From Mobula hypostoma (Eukaryota): DNA of 64,000 nt. This document shows, piece by piece, positions 1 through 12,029 of the stretch (position 1 is its first letter; each line of letters starts with the position of its first letter). The position numbers were made by a program, and so were the translations under genes. The notes under the pieces were generated by a model, which worked only from the letters and a program-made list of their open reading frames with translations, did not search any database and was not told the origin of the DNA. Location of the stretch: assembly GCF_963921235.1 (NCBI RefSeq), contig NC_086097.1, positions 201,688,001 through 201,752,000 of the forward strand, read 5' to 3'.

Positions 1-789
1 TATTCTATGCTCTCAGGTGGACTTGATTGGCAATTTGAAATATTCGGTATATTATTTTCTTTTTTATCATCATTGTTGATCTCTATATTTCATCATGGAT
101 ATTAATCATCATAAGACCATCTGGGCTGATTGCTAAATTTTTACTCAACTGAAAATTATTTCCAGTTACAGAATAATCCACATCAGTTTAGCTCACTGTG
201 ATTAAAAGCTTTAGTGCAATGATCCTGTAATATAAAAAATAAATATAATTAAAAGTCATGACATTTCCCATCATTTCTTATTTTGTTTTCACACCCTAGC
301 AATTCAGCAAGTATTGTGACTGAAATATTCTCTTTAAGGGATTTAATGTAGTCACAAAACATACAATCTTTTTCTGAAGAAAGCTTCCGTCTGCTATGAG
401 GGAAATGGTCCTTCTTGAAAGCCAATTGTTGGGCATATGCAAAAACTCTGAAGAATAATGTTTAAAAGTATATGCACTTGAAATTTTAGCTGTAATTACA
501 TAACATGGTTGAGGACAAACCTAACTGGCAAAAAAATCAAAACTGTACTCCAAATGCATGAATGAATGACTGAAAATGCTAGAAATAACTCCACAAATAA
601 TCTGTGGAAAGATTTATGATGATTTTTCATTAAAATTGTAAGAGGTTGTAGATAAAATAGTTATAAAACTGTACAGAAAGTGGCATTAGGAAAGAAAGAA
701 TGCAAGGCAAGTTTTGTAATAAGGTGAAAAGAAGATGAGTGATCTGTCCAATTGATAACTGGATGGATAGAGTAAGAAAATATTGATCT

Positions 790-983
790 TGTTACTTTAT
801 CTGCCCTGAAGACACACACTCAACAATTCAGGAACAGTTTCTTCCCTTCTGCCATCAGATTTCTGAATGGACATTGAACCCATGAACACTACCTCACCAC
901 TTTTTTTGTACTACTTTACTGCTGTCTCTTAACAACAAATTTCACAACATGCCGGTGATGTTAAACCTGTTTCTGATTCTGAT
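790..983 (+). mobile_element. 3' end fragment of Rex1/Babar-like LINE
   Basis: ttcaggaacagtttcttcccttctgccatcaga...ggacattgaacccatgaacactacctcac...ctgattctga tail. The same 3' module recurs at 21660-23498 and 53480-53670. Confidence 0.65.
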
Positions 984-1209
984 TTGGAGATTACTTATTT
1001 TTAATAGTCAACAAGTGATGGAGGGGAGCATGTCTGTGGGTAATACAGAAATATAGATATTGTAAAACACATTAAACATAATCAAACTTGTTGAATTGTA
1101 CTTACTTTATGGTTTATTGCTTGTTCTCAGGCATATTTGCTTGTTCGTATAGTTTTATTTGCAGTAGTGTGTTTTCCAGCTTCTCAATTATTTCAACAGC
1201 AAAATGATA

Positions 1210-1630
1210 TCCAGGGAAAGAATAGGTCCCTTTTAAAGAAAAAATGGTCATCTATTTGTGGAACCACAAAAGATGGGTGAGGTCTTAAACAAATACTTTT
1301 CATTTATACTTATAATTGACCAGACGGTAGAAGCTAAGGAATTAACAAACATTAATAGAGATATCTTGAAACATATTCACATTACAAAAAAGGGGATGTT
1401 ACAATTCTTAAAACTTATTATGGTGGATAAGACCCTGGGCCCTGACCAAGTTTATTATAGGACATTGTGGGACGCTACAGAAGAAATTGCAGGAGCACTG
1501 GCAGAGATAGTTACATCATCTTTAGCCGCAAATGATGTATAGAAAGTCTGGAGGATGTCAAATGCTGTGCCTTTATTTAAAAAGGGCCAGCCAATGAACC
1601 TAATATCAGTGGTGGGAAAGTTTTAGGGGC
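1210..1630 (+). mobile_element. Degenerate CR1 LINE ORF2 fragment
   Basis: EPQKMGEVLNKYF...LKLIMVDKTLGPDQVY..L...EEIAGALAEI, the CR1 linker/RT N-terminal pattern. Confidence 0.75.
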
Positions 1631-1636
1631 GATAAC

Positions 1637-3205
1637 ACGTTAGAGCAGAATTAGGCCAATCGGTCCATCAAGTCTGCTGTACCATTCCATCATGACTGAT
1701 TTATTATGCCTCTCAATCCTATTCTCCTGCCTTCTCCCTGTAACCTTTGACACCTTGACTAACCAAGAACCTTTCAACCCCTGCTTTAAATATACTCAAT
1801 GACTTGGACACCACATCCATCCATGGCAATGAATTCCACCGAGCCACGACCAAATGGCTAAAGAAAATCCTTCTCATCTCTCTTCTAAATGGGCGTGCCT
1901 CATATGAGGCTGTCCATCTGGTCCTAGACTCACCCAGTATAGGAAACATCCTTTCCACTTCCGCTCTTTCTACACCTTTCAATATTTGATAAGTCTCAAT
2001 GAGGTCCTCGCTCATTCTTCTAAATTCCAGTGAGTACATGGCCAGAGCCATCAAACGTTCTTCATACATTAACCCTTTCATTCCCAGAATCATTCTCATC
2101 AACCTCCTCTGGACCCTCTCCAATGTCAGCACATATTTTCTTAGATAGGGAACCCAAAACTGCTCACAATACTCCCAAATGTGGTCTGAATAATGCCTTA
2201 TAAAGTATCAGCATTAACATGCTTGCTGTTATATTCTAGTCCTCTCAAAATTAATGTATTTTCCTTTCTCTCCACAGACTCAGCCTGCAAGTTAACTTTT
2301 CGGGAATCCTGCACGAGGACTCCCAAGTCCCTTTGCACTTCATTTTTTTTGTGTTTTCTCTCCATCTAGAAAATAGTCAAACCTCTCATTTCTTCTACCA
2401 AAGTACATGGCCATATACTTCCCAACACTGTATTCCATCTGCCACTTCTTTGCTCATAATCCAGTCGATCCAAGTCCTTCTGAAGTCTCCCTGCTTCCTC
2501 AACATTATCTCCCCTTCTAACTATTTTTGTATCATCTGTAAACTTGGCCAGAAAGCCATCAACTCTGTCATCCACATCAATGACATATAACATGTAAAGA
2601 ACAGTCCAATTTCAACTCATGCAGAACACCACTTGTCACCGGCAGCCAACCAGTTAAGGCTCCCATTATTCTGACTCTTTGCCTCCTGCCAGTCAGCCGA
2701 TCATCTATCTATACTTGTAGCTTTCCAGGAATACCATGTGCTCTTACATTGTTCAACAGCCTCATATACTGCCTTGTCAAGGGCCTTCTGAAATCCAAGT
2801 AAACAGCATCCACTGACTCTCCTTTGTTTATCCTATTTGTTACTTCCCCAAAGAATTACAGCAGATTTGTCATGCAAGACTTCTCCTTAAGGAAACCATG
2901 CTGACTGTGGCCTACTTTATCATGCGCCTCCAAGTACCCCAAAGCCTCATCCTTAATATTGGATCTCATTTTTTCTTCTGCCTTCTTAAAAATTGGCATG
3001 CCATTTGCAATTTTCCAGTCCTCTGGAATCATTCCAGAATCTACTGATTTTTGGAAGATCATTACTGCTGCCTCCAAAGTCTCTTCAGCCATCTTTTTCA
3101 GAACCCTGGGGTCTGGTCCAGGTGACTTATCTACCTTCAGACATTTCAGCTTCCCAAGCACCTTCTCCTTAGTATTAGCAGCTGCACTCACTTCAGCCCC
3201 CGACA
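1637..3205 (-). mobile_element. 5'-truncated CR1 LINE (RT and 3' end)
   Basis: Minus-strand fragments KVDKSPGPD..., QHGFLKEKSCMTNLL, LAKFTDDTK and LERVQRRLMRMILGMKGLMYEERL, frameshifted. CR1 3' UTR near 1640-1740. Confidence 0.88.
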
Positions 3206-3949
3206 CTCGTCATGAAAAGCTGGTGGTGAAGATACTTAGTTCATGCTATTGGGATGGGATTTCCTGGATTTAAACAGTGAGGAATTGGCCATGAGGTGAT
3301 ATTGTCTGAGTCAAGATGGAGTGTGGCTTCAAGATGGAGTGTGGCTTCAAGAGGAGCTTGCATATGTTGATGTTGCCTTTTGATCTCGCCTTAGGGGTGT
3401 AAGCTACAGATTCAGATGTTGTTAGTGTAGCAAAGACAGGTAATTTCAGTGCATTTTGAGGATTGCAGAGACTGCTGCAAAAGTGCACTTGTAGAGGGTA
3501 TAAGTCTTAAGGTAGGTACCACATTTTGTTTTGTTAATGGCTTAGACGATGCAAAATAGGAAAGTGAAACAGTAGAGGAGCCAGCAATAGAGTTCAAAAG
3601 GACACAGGCAGACTTTAAGCACAGTGGGACGTATGGGAGATGAAATTTAATGCAGCAGAGTCTGAAATGACACATTTTAGTTGGAAGAATAAGGAGAAAC
3701 AGTACATATAAGAAGAAGATTTTAAAGAGGCTGAAAAAAGGGAGAAACCATGGGGTGTCTGTGTTGATCAAGTTAACATAATAGATAATAGACCATGTGT
3801 CTTTCAGGATTTTAAAATAAATGGACAGAGCATGAAATTCAAGCAGATGCACTAACAAAGTAAAATGCCAGTTCGGTCCTGGCTATAGGAGTGTGTCCTG
3901 TAACAGGCACTATATTTTAGCAAGGTAATGAATTTTAAGTAGTATCTTC

Positions 3950-4115
3950 CCCCACAACCTTCTAGCTTGTCCTCCTTCTCCCCACCCACTTCATTCTGCT
4001 ATCTTCCCTCTTCCTTTCCATTCCTGATGACGAGTCTTGGCCCAAAACGTCGACTGTTTATTCATTTCCATAGATGCTGCCTGGCCTGCTAAGTTCCTCC
4101 GGCATTTTGTTTGAG
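3950..4115 (+). mobile_element. Penelope-like pLTR fragment with degenerate hammerhead motif
   Basis: CTGATGA(4024)-CGAGTCTTGGCCC-AAAA-CGTC-GACTG followed by agatgctgcctggcctgct, shared with the PLE at 27594-28932. GAAA is mutated to AAAA. Confidence 0.7.
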
Positions 4116-4554
4116 TTAACTATGATTGTAACTGAAAAGTCTCCAGAACCTGGCAGTATCATTTCCAGCCTATTAAAAGTAGGTGTTGAAATTACAGATA
4201 CTTTAACAACATAAGCATGTAAGAAATAAAAACAGTGGTAGGTAATCTGGCTCTTCAAGAAATTGATCAAAATCATGGCATATCTTCTACTTCAATTTAA
4301 TTTTTTCTGCAGTATCCCTATATCTCTTGATTTCCTTGGTATCCAGACTCCTACCAACCTCTGTTTTGAAGCCAGTAACTGGCCTCCACAACTCTTTGGG
4401 GTGGAGAATTCCAAAGAGTCATCACTGTTTTTGTAAACGAATTTCTCCTCATCTCAGTTCTAAATGTCCCACTCCTTAATCTGAGACTTCAACCCCTGAT
4501 TCTAGAATCCCCAGGCAGAGTTTTGTAGATCCCCATAATTCTTCTAAATTGTTG

Positions 4555-4992
4555 AGAATCCAGAATCAGGTTTATTATCACAGGCATGTGACGTGAAATT
4601 TGTTAACTTAGCAGCAGCAGTTCAATGCAATACATAATCTAACAGAGAGAGGAAAAAAATAAAATAAAATAAAACGTAATAAATAAACAAGTAAATCAAT
4701 AGAAACGTCGACTGTACCTCTTCCTAGAGATGCTGCCTGGCCTGCTGCGTTCACCAGCAACTTTGATGTGTGTTGCTCGTATATTGAATAGATTTTTTTT
4801 TAAATATGCAAAAACAGAAATACTGTATATTAAGAAAAGTGAGGTAGTGTCCAAGGGTTCAATGTCCATTTAGGAATCGGACGGCAGAGGGAAAGAAGCT
4901 ATTTCTCAATCACTGAGTGTGTGCCTTCAGGCTTCTGTACCTCCTACCTGGTAGTAACAGTGAGAAAAGGGCATGCCCTGGGTGCTGGAGAT
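4555..4992 (-). mobile_element. Rex1/Babar-like LINE 3' end, interrupted by a PLE-derived fragment at 4702-4777
   Basis: agaatcaggtttattatcac tail (reverse complement of the ...ctgattct tail) and gggttcaatgtccatttaggaatc. The insert 4702-4777 begins GAAACGTCGACTG. Confidence 0.7.
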
Positions 4993-6265
4993 CCAGGCCA
5001 AAGGCTTACAAAAATAATGTAGCAGGCTCATGGAAAATTAGTCTTCACCTCAAGGGTGTTGAAATTCAAATGTGTAGAATTTATGTATGGACCTCTAGTT
5101 AATATATATCTGAAATAATATATATAAGACTGTTGAGCGATTACGGAACCAATTCAGAAAAATGGAGTCAAGGTACATATGAACCATGACTCAGCTGAAT
5201 GACAAAGAAGTCTTGAGGAAGGTACTGTATATGGCTCACTTCTATTTCTCCTCCACTCAACTCAACATGATTAAGAAAATACTATCAAGCAAACTTTTCC
5301 GTGATTTATACTGAAACTGTAAAAGTCCGTCGAGAAAAAAGAGAAGGCAGTTACAATATCATTGAAGGTAGCTAATAAGAAATGCTCAAAAATCATGATA
5401 AATCAAAAATATCATTGTGTTTCCTATTGCACTCAAAACACTGGATTTAATTTAATTTAGCATGCATTATTCATCCAAAAATGCAAACTATTGACATATA
5501 TGGTTCTTCAGTCTCAGAATGAAGCTATTCTGACATTCCTCGGGGTACAGGGATTATAGGAAGGTGCATAAGAGCAAAGATGTTCATGCTTAGTCTAATT
5601 ATGTGTTTGATACTCTTAATTACCAGCTATTTTGTGAAGAATTTGTTTCATGTCCAATTAAAGGTGACTAGATTTAACCATAGAAGAAATTCTAACCAGG
5701 AGGGTCAGTTTGGTCCATGTGGTTGACAACATAGAAAAGAAGAATGGTTCAATTGCAGATCCTTCCTCAATAAATTGTCAGCAGTCATTGTGATGCCACC
5801 TTTGCTAACCAGTTCTTCTTTAGTTCTCAATAATTGGTTATTGTATGAATCTCAAGATTTGTATTTCCTGAAAAACAGAAGATTCACATGTAATTTGATT
5901 AAAGTTTACTTGGTTTTGAAAGGAACTGATATATGGAAGTTTTTTTTTCTTGTGAAGATGTCTAAAGTGAAGAAATATGCCATTAAGGAGAAAAGATGGA
6001 GAACATTTAAGTAGAGCAAATGTGGAATGTCTCCACATTTTTGAAAGCCAGGTTATATTGGGAATGAACTTAGAATACAAATAAACTCTAATGTTATGGA
6101 ATATGGAAGTGTGCTTGAACAGGTGAACAGTTTTCTTTTATTCTGTTGTTCCAGTCCAAATTGTAAAGCACGGCAGCATTAAAATTGTTTTTATTAGATA
6201 TTATATTTGAACATTCTAACCAAGAATACGTTATTTTTATTTCACTTTATGGAAACATTGTATAG

Positions 6266-6371
6266 GTGAATTTACTCCTGAAATGCAGTTACGTATTCGA
6301 CAAGAAATTGAAAAAGAAAAGAAGGTTGAACAATGGAAGGAAAAATTCTTTGAGCAATACTATGGAGAAAA
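6266..6371 (+). CDS. ASXL3: ASXL3 internal coding exon (C-terminal part of ASXH/DEUBAD domain)
   Basis: Acceptor tatag|GT and donor AA|gtaagc. Translates (G)[34 protein letters not shown](K), the ASX-homology/DEUBAD signature. Phase matches the next exon (AA|A = Lys). The ORF-track entry 6266..6460 is a different frame. Confidence 0.93.
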
Positions 6372-6957
6372 GTAAGCACTTTATAGGTTCTTTTCTACTG
6401 CAGCCAAATCTTTTACATTTTGAGCTGTGTTTTCTGCACAATTTTAATTTTCTACAATAACATTAGCTCTTCCTTGCTTTCTAATTCAAATGTTTTTGTA
6501 GTACTTTCTATTTTTGTATATTCCTTGACAGGTGCCCATTGGCAGCTGGCTGGTCAATCAACTACTGCCGATAGGACCGGCATTTCTTTTCCTGACAGAG
6601 ACCAATCCATATTTTGGTCAATTATATTGCACTGTTATTTTAGCCGCTCTTCACAGTAAAATGCTGTGGTACCTATTCAGTGCCTGCTGCCTGTTCGACC
6701 TCATAGCAGAAAATGCACCCTCCTCACACACACATTACAGACTTAAATATAAATATCCAGCTTTGCTACCGTCTAACGAATGACCATGCTGGGAAAAAGC
6801 TGCTGCTAGCTTCCTGCCTTGGAATTATGCTGTTCTGTGCTGTGTAGTCCCAGGCACATAAAGTAATCTCCTAAAGAGGCCTTGACATACAGCAAAGGCT
6901 AATTTCCAAGGCTCATGGGCATTTTAAACTTTTATTGAATATTTTTATTGAAATTTG

Positions 6958-7634
6958 GCGGGAGGAGAAGATGGCGGCGCGACACAGCTCGCAGCAGCCA
7001 TTCCAGTGGTGATGTCTGTTATTTGTCAAGTAGGGTGCCATGCACAATCCTGATTTAATGGAGACGGACGTGAGAGCACAGAGGAACATCTGGTGAAACT
7101 TCTGAAATGCCTGCTTCACTGCTGCTGCTACCGTGTGGTCCAGAATCTCCGGAGGAGAAGACCCTGAGTCCTCGGCTTTGCTTGTTGCTCGGCGGCCGGG
7201 GCAGGGTCGAAGCGCTCAGCAGAGGATGGTGCTCGGAGAGGCTGTGTCGGAGGGGCTGGTCGGAGGCTCGAAGTTTTCGGACGGACACAGAGTCTGCTGC
7301 GGTCGGGTGCTTCCAATGGTGCTGCATTGGCAAGTTGGTGGCGCTTGGAGGTTCATGGCAGGGAGAGTTTCTCCCTTCTGCCAGCTGCATGAGATGATGA
7401 TTCTATCAGGACTTTGAGACTTTTTTTTACTGTGCCCATGGTCTGCTCTTTATCAAATTATGGTATTGCTTTGCACTGTTGTAACTACATGTTATAATGA
7501 TGTGATTTTGTCAGTTTTAGTCTTGGTTTGTCCTGTGTTTTCTTGTGATATCATTCTGGAGGAAAGTTGTATCATTTTTTAATGCATGCATTTCTAAATG
7601 ACAATAAACGAGGACTGAGTGTCCTCAGAATCTA
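6958..7634 (+). mobile_element. CpG-rich non-autonomous retroposon with Rex/Babar-like 3' tail
   Basis: Abrupt GC-rich block starting AAGATGGCGGCG. No coding signature. The 3' end ctggaggaaagttgtatcattttt...acaataaac resembles the LINE 3' end at 25717-25793. Confidence 0.6.
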
Positions 7635-8213
7635 AAAATATTTGTGAACATCCTTTAACTTCACAAACATTACCTTAGTTTCAGGAACTACTGCAAAATA
7701 AAAACAGAAAAAACTGAATTTATTTTAGAAAAGTAAGTTTAGACACCAAAAAGTACAATTAAAACTAAGAAATACATTTAAATTTACTCATTTAATAAAA
7801 TAATCTACTGACTCTTCATTGAGTTGAGTGATCTCACAAGCACAGCAGGCAAATTTCCTTCCCTGAGAGCTGGGTTATCAACAAATGACCGTGCTTTCTA
7901 TTAGATTCCTGAAGGAATCCATTGGCCTGGTGCCTAGTGCAGACCTTTGAGGCTTGCAGCTTATCTGTTGCATAAAACATACTTCAGTCTGCATCTGGGA
8001 ATTGAAGATTCTGCCTAATTTGGTGTTTAAAAGACAAAAGATCTAAATGGAAGATGTGGATCATTATTGGAGTACAAAATCAATGTTTTTTACGTATTAA
8101 TGTATTCTGCTGAACTGTTGATGTAGAAAAACTTCTGCTTTAATTTCAAGATACTAATAAAAAGATGTTTTCTTTGTTACAATTGTTATATTCATCTCTT
8201 CTGTTGTTTTCAG

Positions 8214-9288
8214 ATCGGGAATAACACAAGAAGAAGCAATGAAGCTGGAATCAGTAAAACATTCTTTAGAAAATCAAGACAGCTCTTCATTTTCACCACA
8301 AAGCATCGCATCGGAGTCTTGTCAGATCACATCTGATAGTAAATGTGAAAGCAAAATAAATCTTGTGCCTTATTCAGATCTACAACAAACACAGTGCATC
8401 ATACAGAAAACTTCAGCCAAAGAACCATTCAAAACTGCAAAAGAAGAGGATATGTTAATATCCTTGTGCTCAGATATTACCTCAGATGAATCTGTTATTC
8501 AGGAAGAGATAGCTGAAGAAGTTGAACCAACTATTTGTGGAAATCATAATGAAAGCAAACCTCTCCAGTCTAATATGTCTGATATTGATCATTCGTGTTT
8601 GATTAGTCCTGACAAAGCAGAACAAGTAGTATTGACAGATGATTTGAAATCTAAGCTAAATACTCAATGTATCAAGGAGTTTGAGTCCCAATCTGAGCAT
8701 ACCATAGATCCACAGGCGCCTTCCCCGGAGATATCTGGCATATCTTTCCAACTGCTTTCTTCCACTTCTACACCCTCTCAATTGTCTGATTCCTTTGACG
8801 CAACTAATAGTGACATAAGTGAGTCAGTGCATAATGCAAGTAATGAAGAGAGTACCATGGAACACACTTACAGTGAAGGGCTCGCACCATTCACTGATAA
8901 TCCCAGTTCTCCAGGAGTGAATACACAGTGCACATCCCAACAACCCTTAACCTCTACATGCTCTGAAACCTCTGTACTGTCTGAAACTTTTGAAACTGAG
9001 AACACAGATTCTGAAAACCAGCTCCGGGTGTTGCAGAGCATCCCTCAGTCCCCGCCACGGACATCAACACCTTCAGACTCTCCCACATTATCTTTTGAAG
9101 GATTTAGAAAAGATAATAAAGACCTTGAGTTCCACAAAAGAAAACCACCAGAGCAACACATTCTGGAGATTTGTCATGAGAAAAGACCTAAAATTGAAAA
9201 CGATCAGATCGTTTCCACTCCGTCCAGCAGATCTCAAAGTGAAAAAGAAATGCCTTCTAAGGAAGAGCCAAAGGTTCCGCCAATCAAG
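8214..9288 (+). CDS. ASXL3: ASXL3 penultimate coding exon
   Basis: Polypyrimidine tract plus ttttcag|A TCG GGA ATA (K-SGITQEEAMKL...). Open for 358 codons and ends ...KEEPKVPPIK|gtatgt, the ASXL ASXM1 junction motif. Overlaps ORF 8239..9360, whose last ~23 aa are intronic. Confidence 0.93.
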
Positions 9289-11445
9289 GTATGTCACATG
9301 GAGGTGAAGAGCTTAATAAGGTGTGGCAGAGTGAACTATCTTCTTATTATATTCCCATAGAGAGCGACTGTTTTTTCGCCAAAATGTTAAACTGCCGTAT
9401 TTTACTGTCATGTTTATATGTATTTACATCTGTTTCATTGCTCCAGTTGTCTTCAAAATTTTCTTTTGGTATAAAAGTAGTTTTTTTCAAAATAAATTAT
9501 AAACATTTCCAAAAACTCATAAATCATCAGTGCAATCTACAGTATTTGATTCGGACCACATTATTGGATACTTTATTGAATATATTTAAAGGACTTTTAG
9601 TTCAATAAAACTTTGACACCTGAGGTCTTTAACTTAGTACTGAATGTTTCAGTAACTGTGTTTAATAGAATAAATAAATATGGCATGATTAAGAATTGGC
9701 ATCTTCAAAATCCAGTATGTGGGTCCTTTGCAGTTTATGTATAGCTTGTACATATGGAGCATTTGGGTCAGTGAGTGGGATGAATTTACCTGCTACTGTA
9801 GGGCTGCTTGCTACGTCTTCTCAGAACAACCTTTTGGTGAGGAGCTTAGGGCTCGAAACATGAACTGATGTTATCTGAACTGCTGAGTTCTTTGGATTTT
9901 ATTTGAGCAGCATTTTTTTCTGATTTTCAAGTTCTTTCCCAGATTTAGATTCTAGCTCTATTAAAAGAAAAGGTGTTGACCATTTGCTGTTTCTGTTTAA
10001 CATGCAGGCAAGAAACCTCTTTGAAAACAATGAATTACTCTGTGAATGAGCTGAATGTGCATTGGTTACCTAACGTGAATTTTGCTGCAATATAACACAG
10101 AGTGCATCATTTTTTGAAAATTGTATAAAGAGAAACAGAAACTGAACCAAAGGGTTGTCTGTCACAGGTTTTCACCATCTTAGCTGGTGGCCTTTTGGAA
10201 CATTTAGTAAGTCTGCTTACGTTGCTGAGCCATGCTCAAGATGTAAATTCTCTCCACGGAATATCACACGTCTCACTTACTCATGTAATCAATGTGATTA
10301 TGTGGAACTTCTGGTCAGTGATGAACTCCAGATTGTTTGTGCTGAAGGATTTGACAGTGATGGTTTACTCAATATTAAAAGCCTATATTCTGTCTCAAAT
10401 CCATACAAACTGCAGTATTAAGGCTTGAATAGAGCAGTTCCTCAGACAGTGCATGGGAATTTCTCTGACAGATTTGCTGTGGAGGTTTAAGATGGAGGAG
10501 TCTACTTAGACTGGATTTGTACAGATTCTGCTGTCCTGAAACTCTGACGTATTGCAGCCCTGATCCACATCCTGCTGTGCTTTGTCTTAATCTGTTGTGG
10601 CTTTTTATTCTGTATATTTCTTTACACATAGAGCCAGGTCACATTAAAGGATAGTTGGTGGTTCTGCAGAGAATTGCAGGGTGTGTATTAACAGATCCAT
10701 ACCACTGCATAGCAGTGTGAGAATATGGAGTGTGCTGAATGTCAGGAGCAGACGTGTTGGACCTGCCTACCCACCTGCCACATTTATTTTCAGCTCCCTC
10801 AGCTTTATAACAACTCAAACTGGCATATTTTGTTTGGACCATTCATTTGAAAGGGACACAGATTTTCATAAAAATATAAATTTAACCAGGTGTTTCTTTA
10901 TTTTATAGCTTTATTTCTCTGCTTAGTTATTTTATATCAAATGATGGTATTTTAATATGTTTGAAGTAGATCTTTTTTTGTTTTTTAATTTAAAATCAAT
11001 ATCAACTGTTTGATATGAAGCAGCCTTTTGATAGCAGAAGTTGTCTTGGCAGAGCCACAGACCTGGTTGATGCGAGTGACCAATCACACATAGAACCAAG
11101 GTCTCTGGCCACATGTGCCTTCAGAGGCTTTATGGCCTCAAGGTCTCATACAGAGAGCAAACCTGCTGTAATCAAGTAAAGTCTGGCCTTCTAGTTTCCA
11201 AAAAACTGGATTAGATAATTTTATCATCATATACATCCAAGTGTAATAAAATTCCTTGTTTGCATGAATTTCACAGAATATGCAGTATACTTTCATAAAA
11301 ATGCAGCAATAAATACAGTGACAAGCGCAAAACAGCAGAATGGTCCAAAGATTGTCGTACAATATGAAGTAGTGCAAAAAAATACTCAAGTGATGTTAGA
11401 GAAATAACAGGGGGAGACAGAGGCAAAGAAGCAAGTAGAAAGGCT

Positions 11446-11632
11446 AGTTGGAGGAACTTAGCAAGTCAGGCAGCATCTATAGAGGGGAATAAACTGTTGA
11501 TATTTTGGGCTGATTCCCTTTATCAGGACTTTGATCCTTAAGATTCTGATGAAGAGTCTCAGTCTGAGATGTCAACTGTTTATTCCCCTATATAGATGCT
11601 GCCTAATTTGCTAAATTCCTCCAACATATTAT
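11446..11632. mobile_element. Small inverted pair of Penelope pLTR fragments with 11-bp TSD
   Basis: Minus copy ~11447-11530 and plus copy ~11545-11626, both with decayed CTGATNA...AAA cores. GTAGAAAGGCT direct repeat at 11435-11445 and 11633-11643. Confidence 0.75.
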
Positions 11633-12029
11633 GTAGAAAGGCTCCTGCTGGGTTTCTGGGATTATAAAGAGAGTCTCCTAGAGGATTGGGAGGTTCTGAA
11701 ACAGGGAGTGTTATTAAGGGAACTGGTGGAGTAAGGAAACTCTCCTGTTCCCTTTATCACTGAGGGCTCTGAAGGCATTTACCTTTCTCAGGTGCAATTC
11801 AGGTTTTTGTTGCCCCAACAACAAGGGTTTCTTTTCTGAGCATCTTAAGTTAAAATAAAAAGCACAGGAGGGATGTATTCAGAAATATGTGATAGTCAAA
11901 GAAAAATTAGCAGACTGGTCTGCTTGAGCGTCAGTTCAGGCCATTTGAGGAAGAGACTGCTGTGCAATGGGACTTAAGTGAAATTCACAGCAAGAACTTG
12001 GAAAGCAATTTTAATTGTTGGTGTGCAGT

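Noticed and set aside
1..6265. Further upstream ASXL3 exons
   Set aside because: I could not find the preceding ASXH exon (LNNEFF-type motif) here. It probably lies upstream of the window.
7055..7417. Overlapping ORFs / CpG-island promoter of a new gene
   Set aside because: Multiple open frames reflect GC richness of a repeat with a retroposon-like tail. No splice or domain support.
9289..9360. C-terminal extension of ORF 8239..9360
   Set aside because: Read-through past a canonical gtatgt donor that splits the conserved KVPPIK/IHLSRIK motif.
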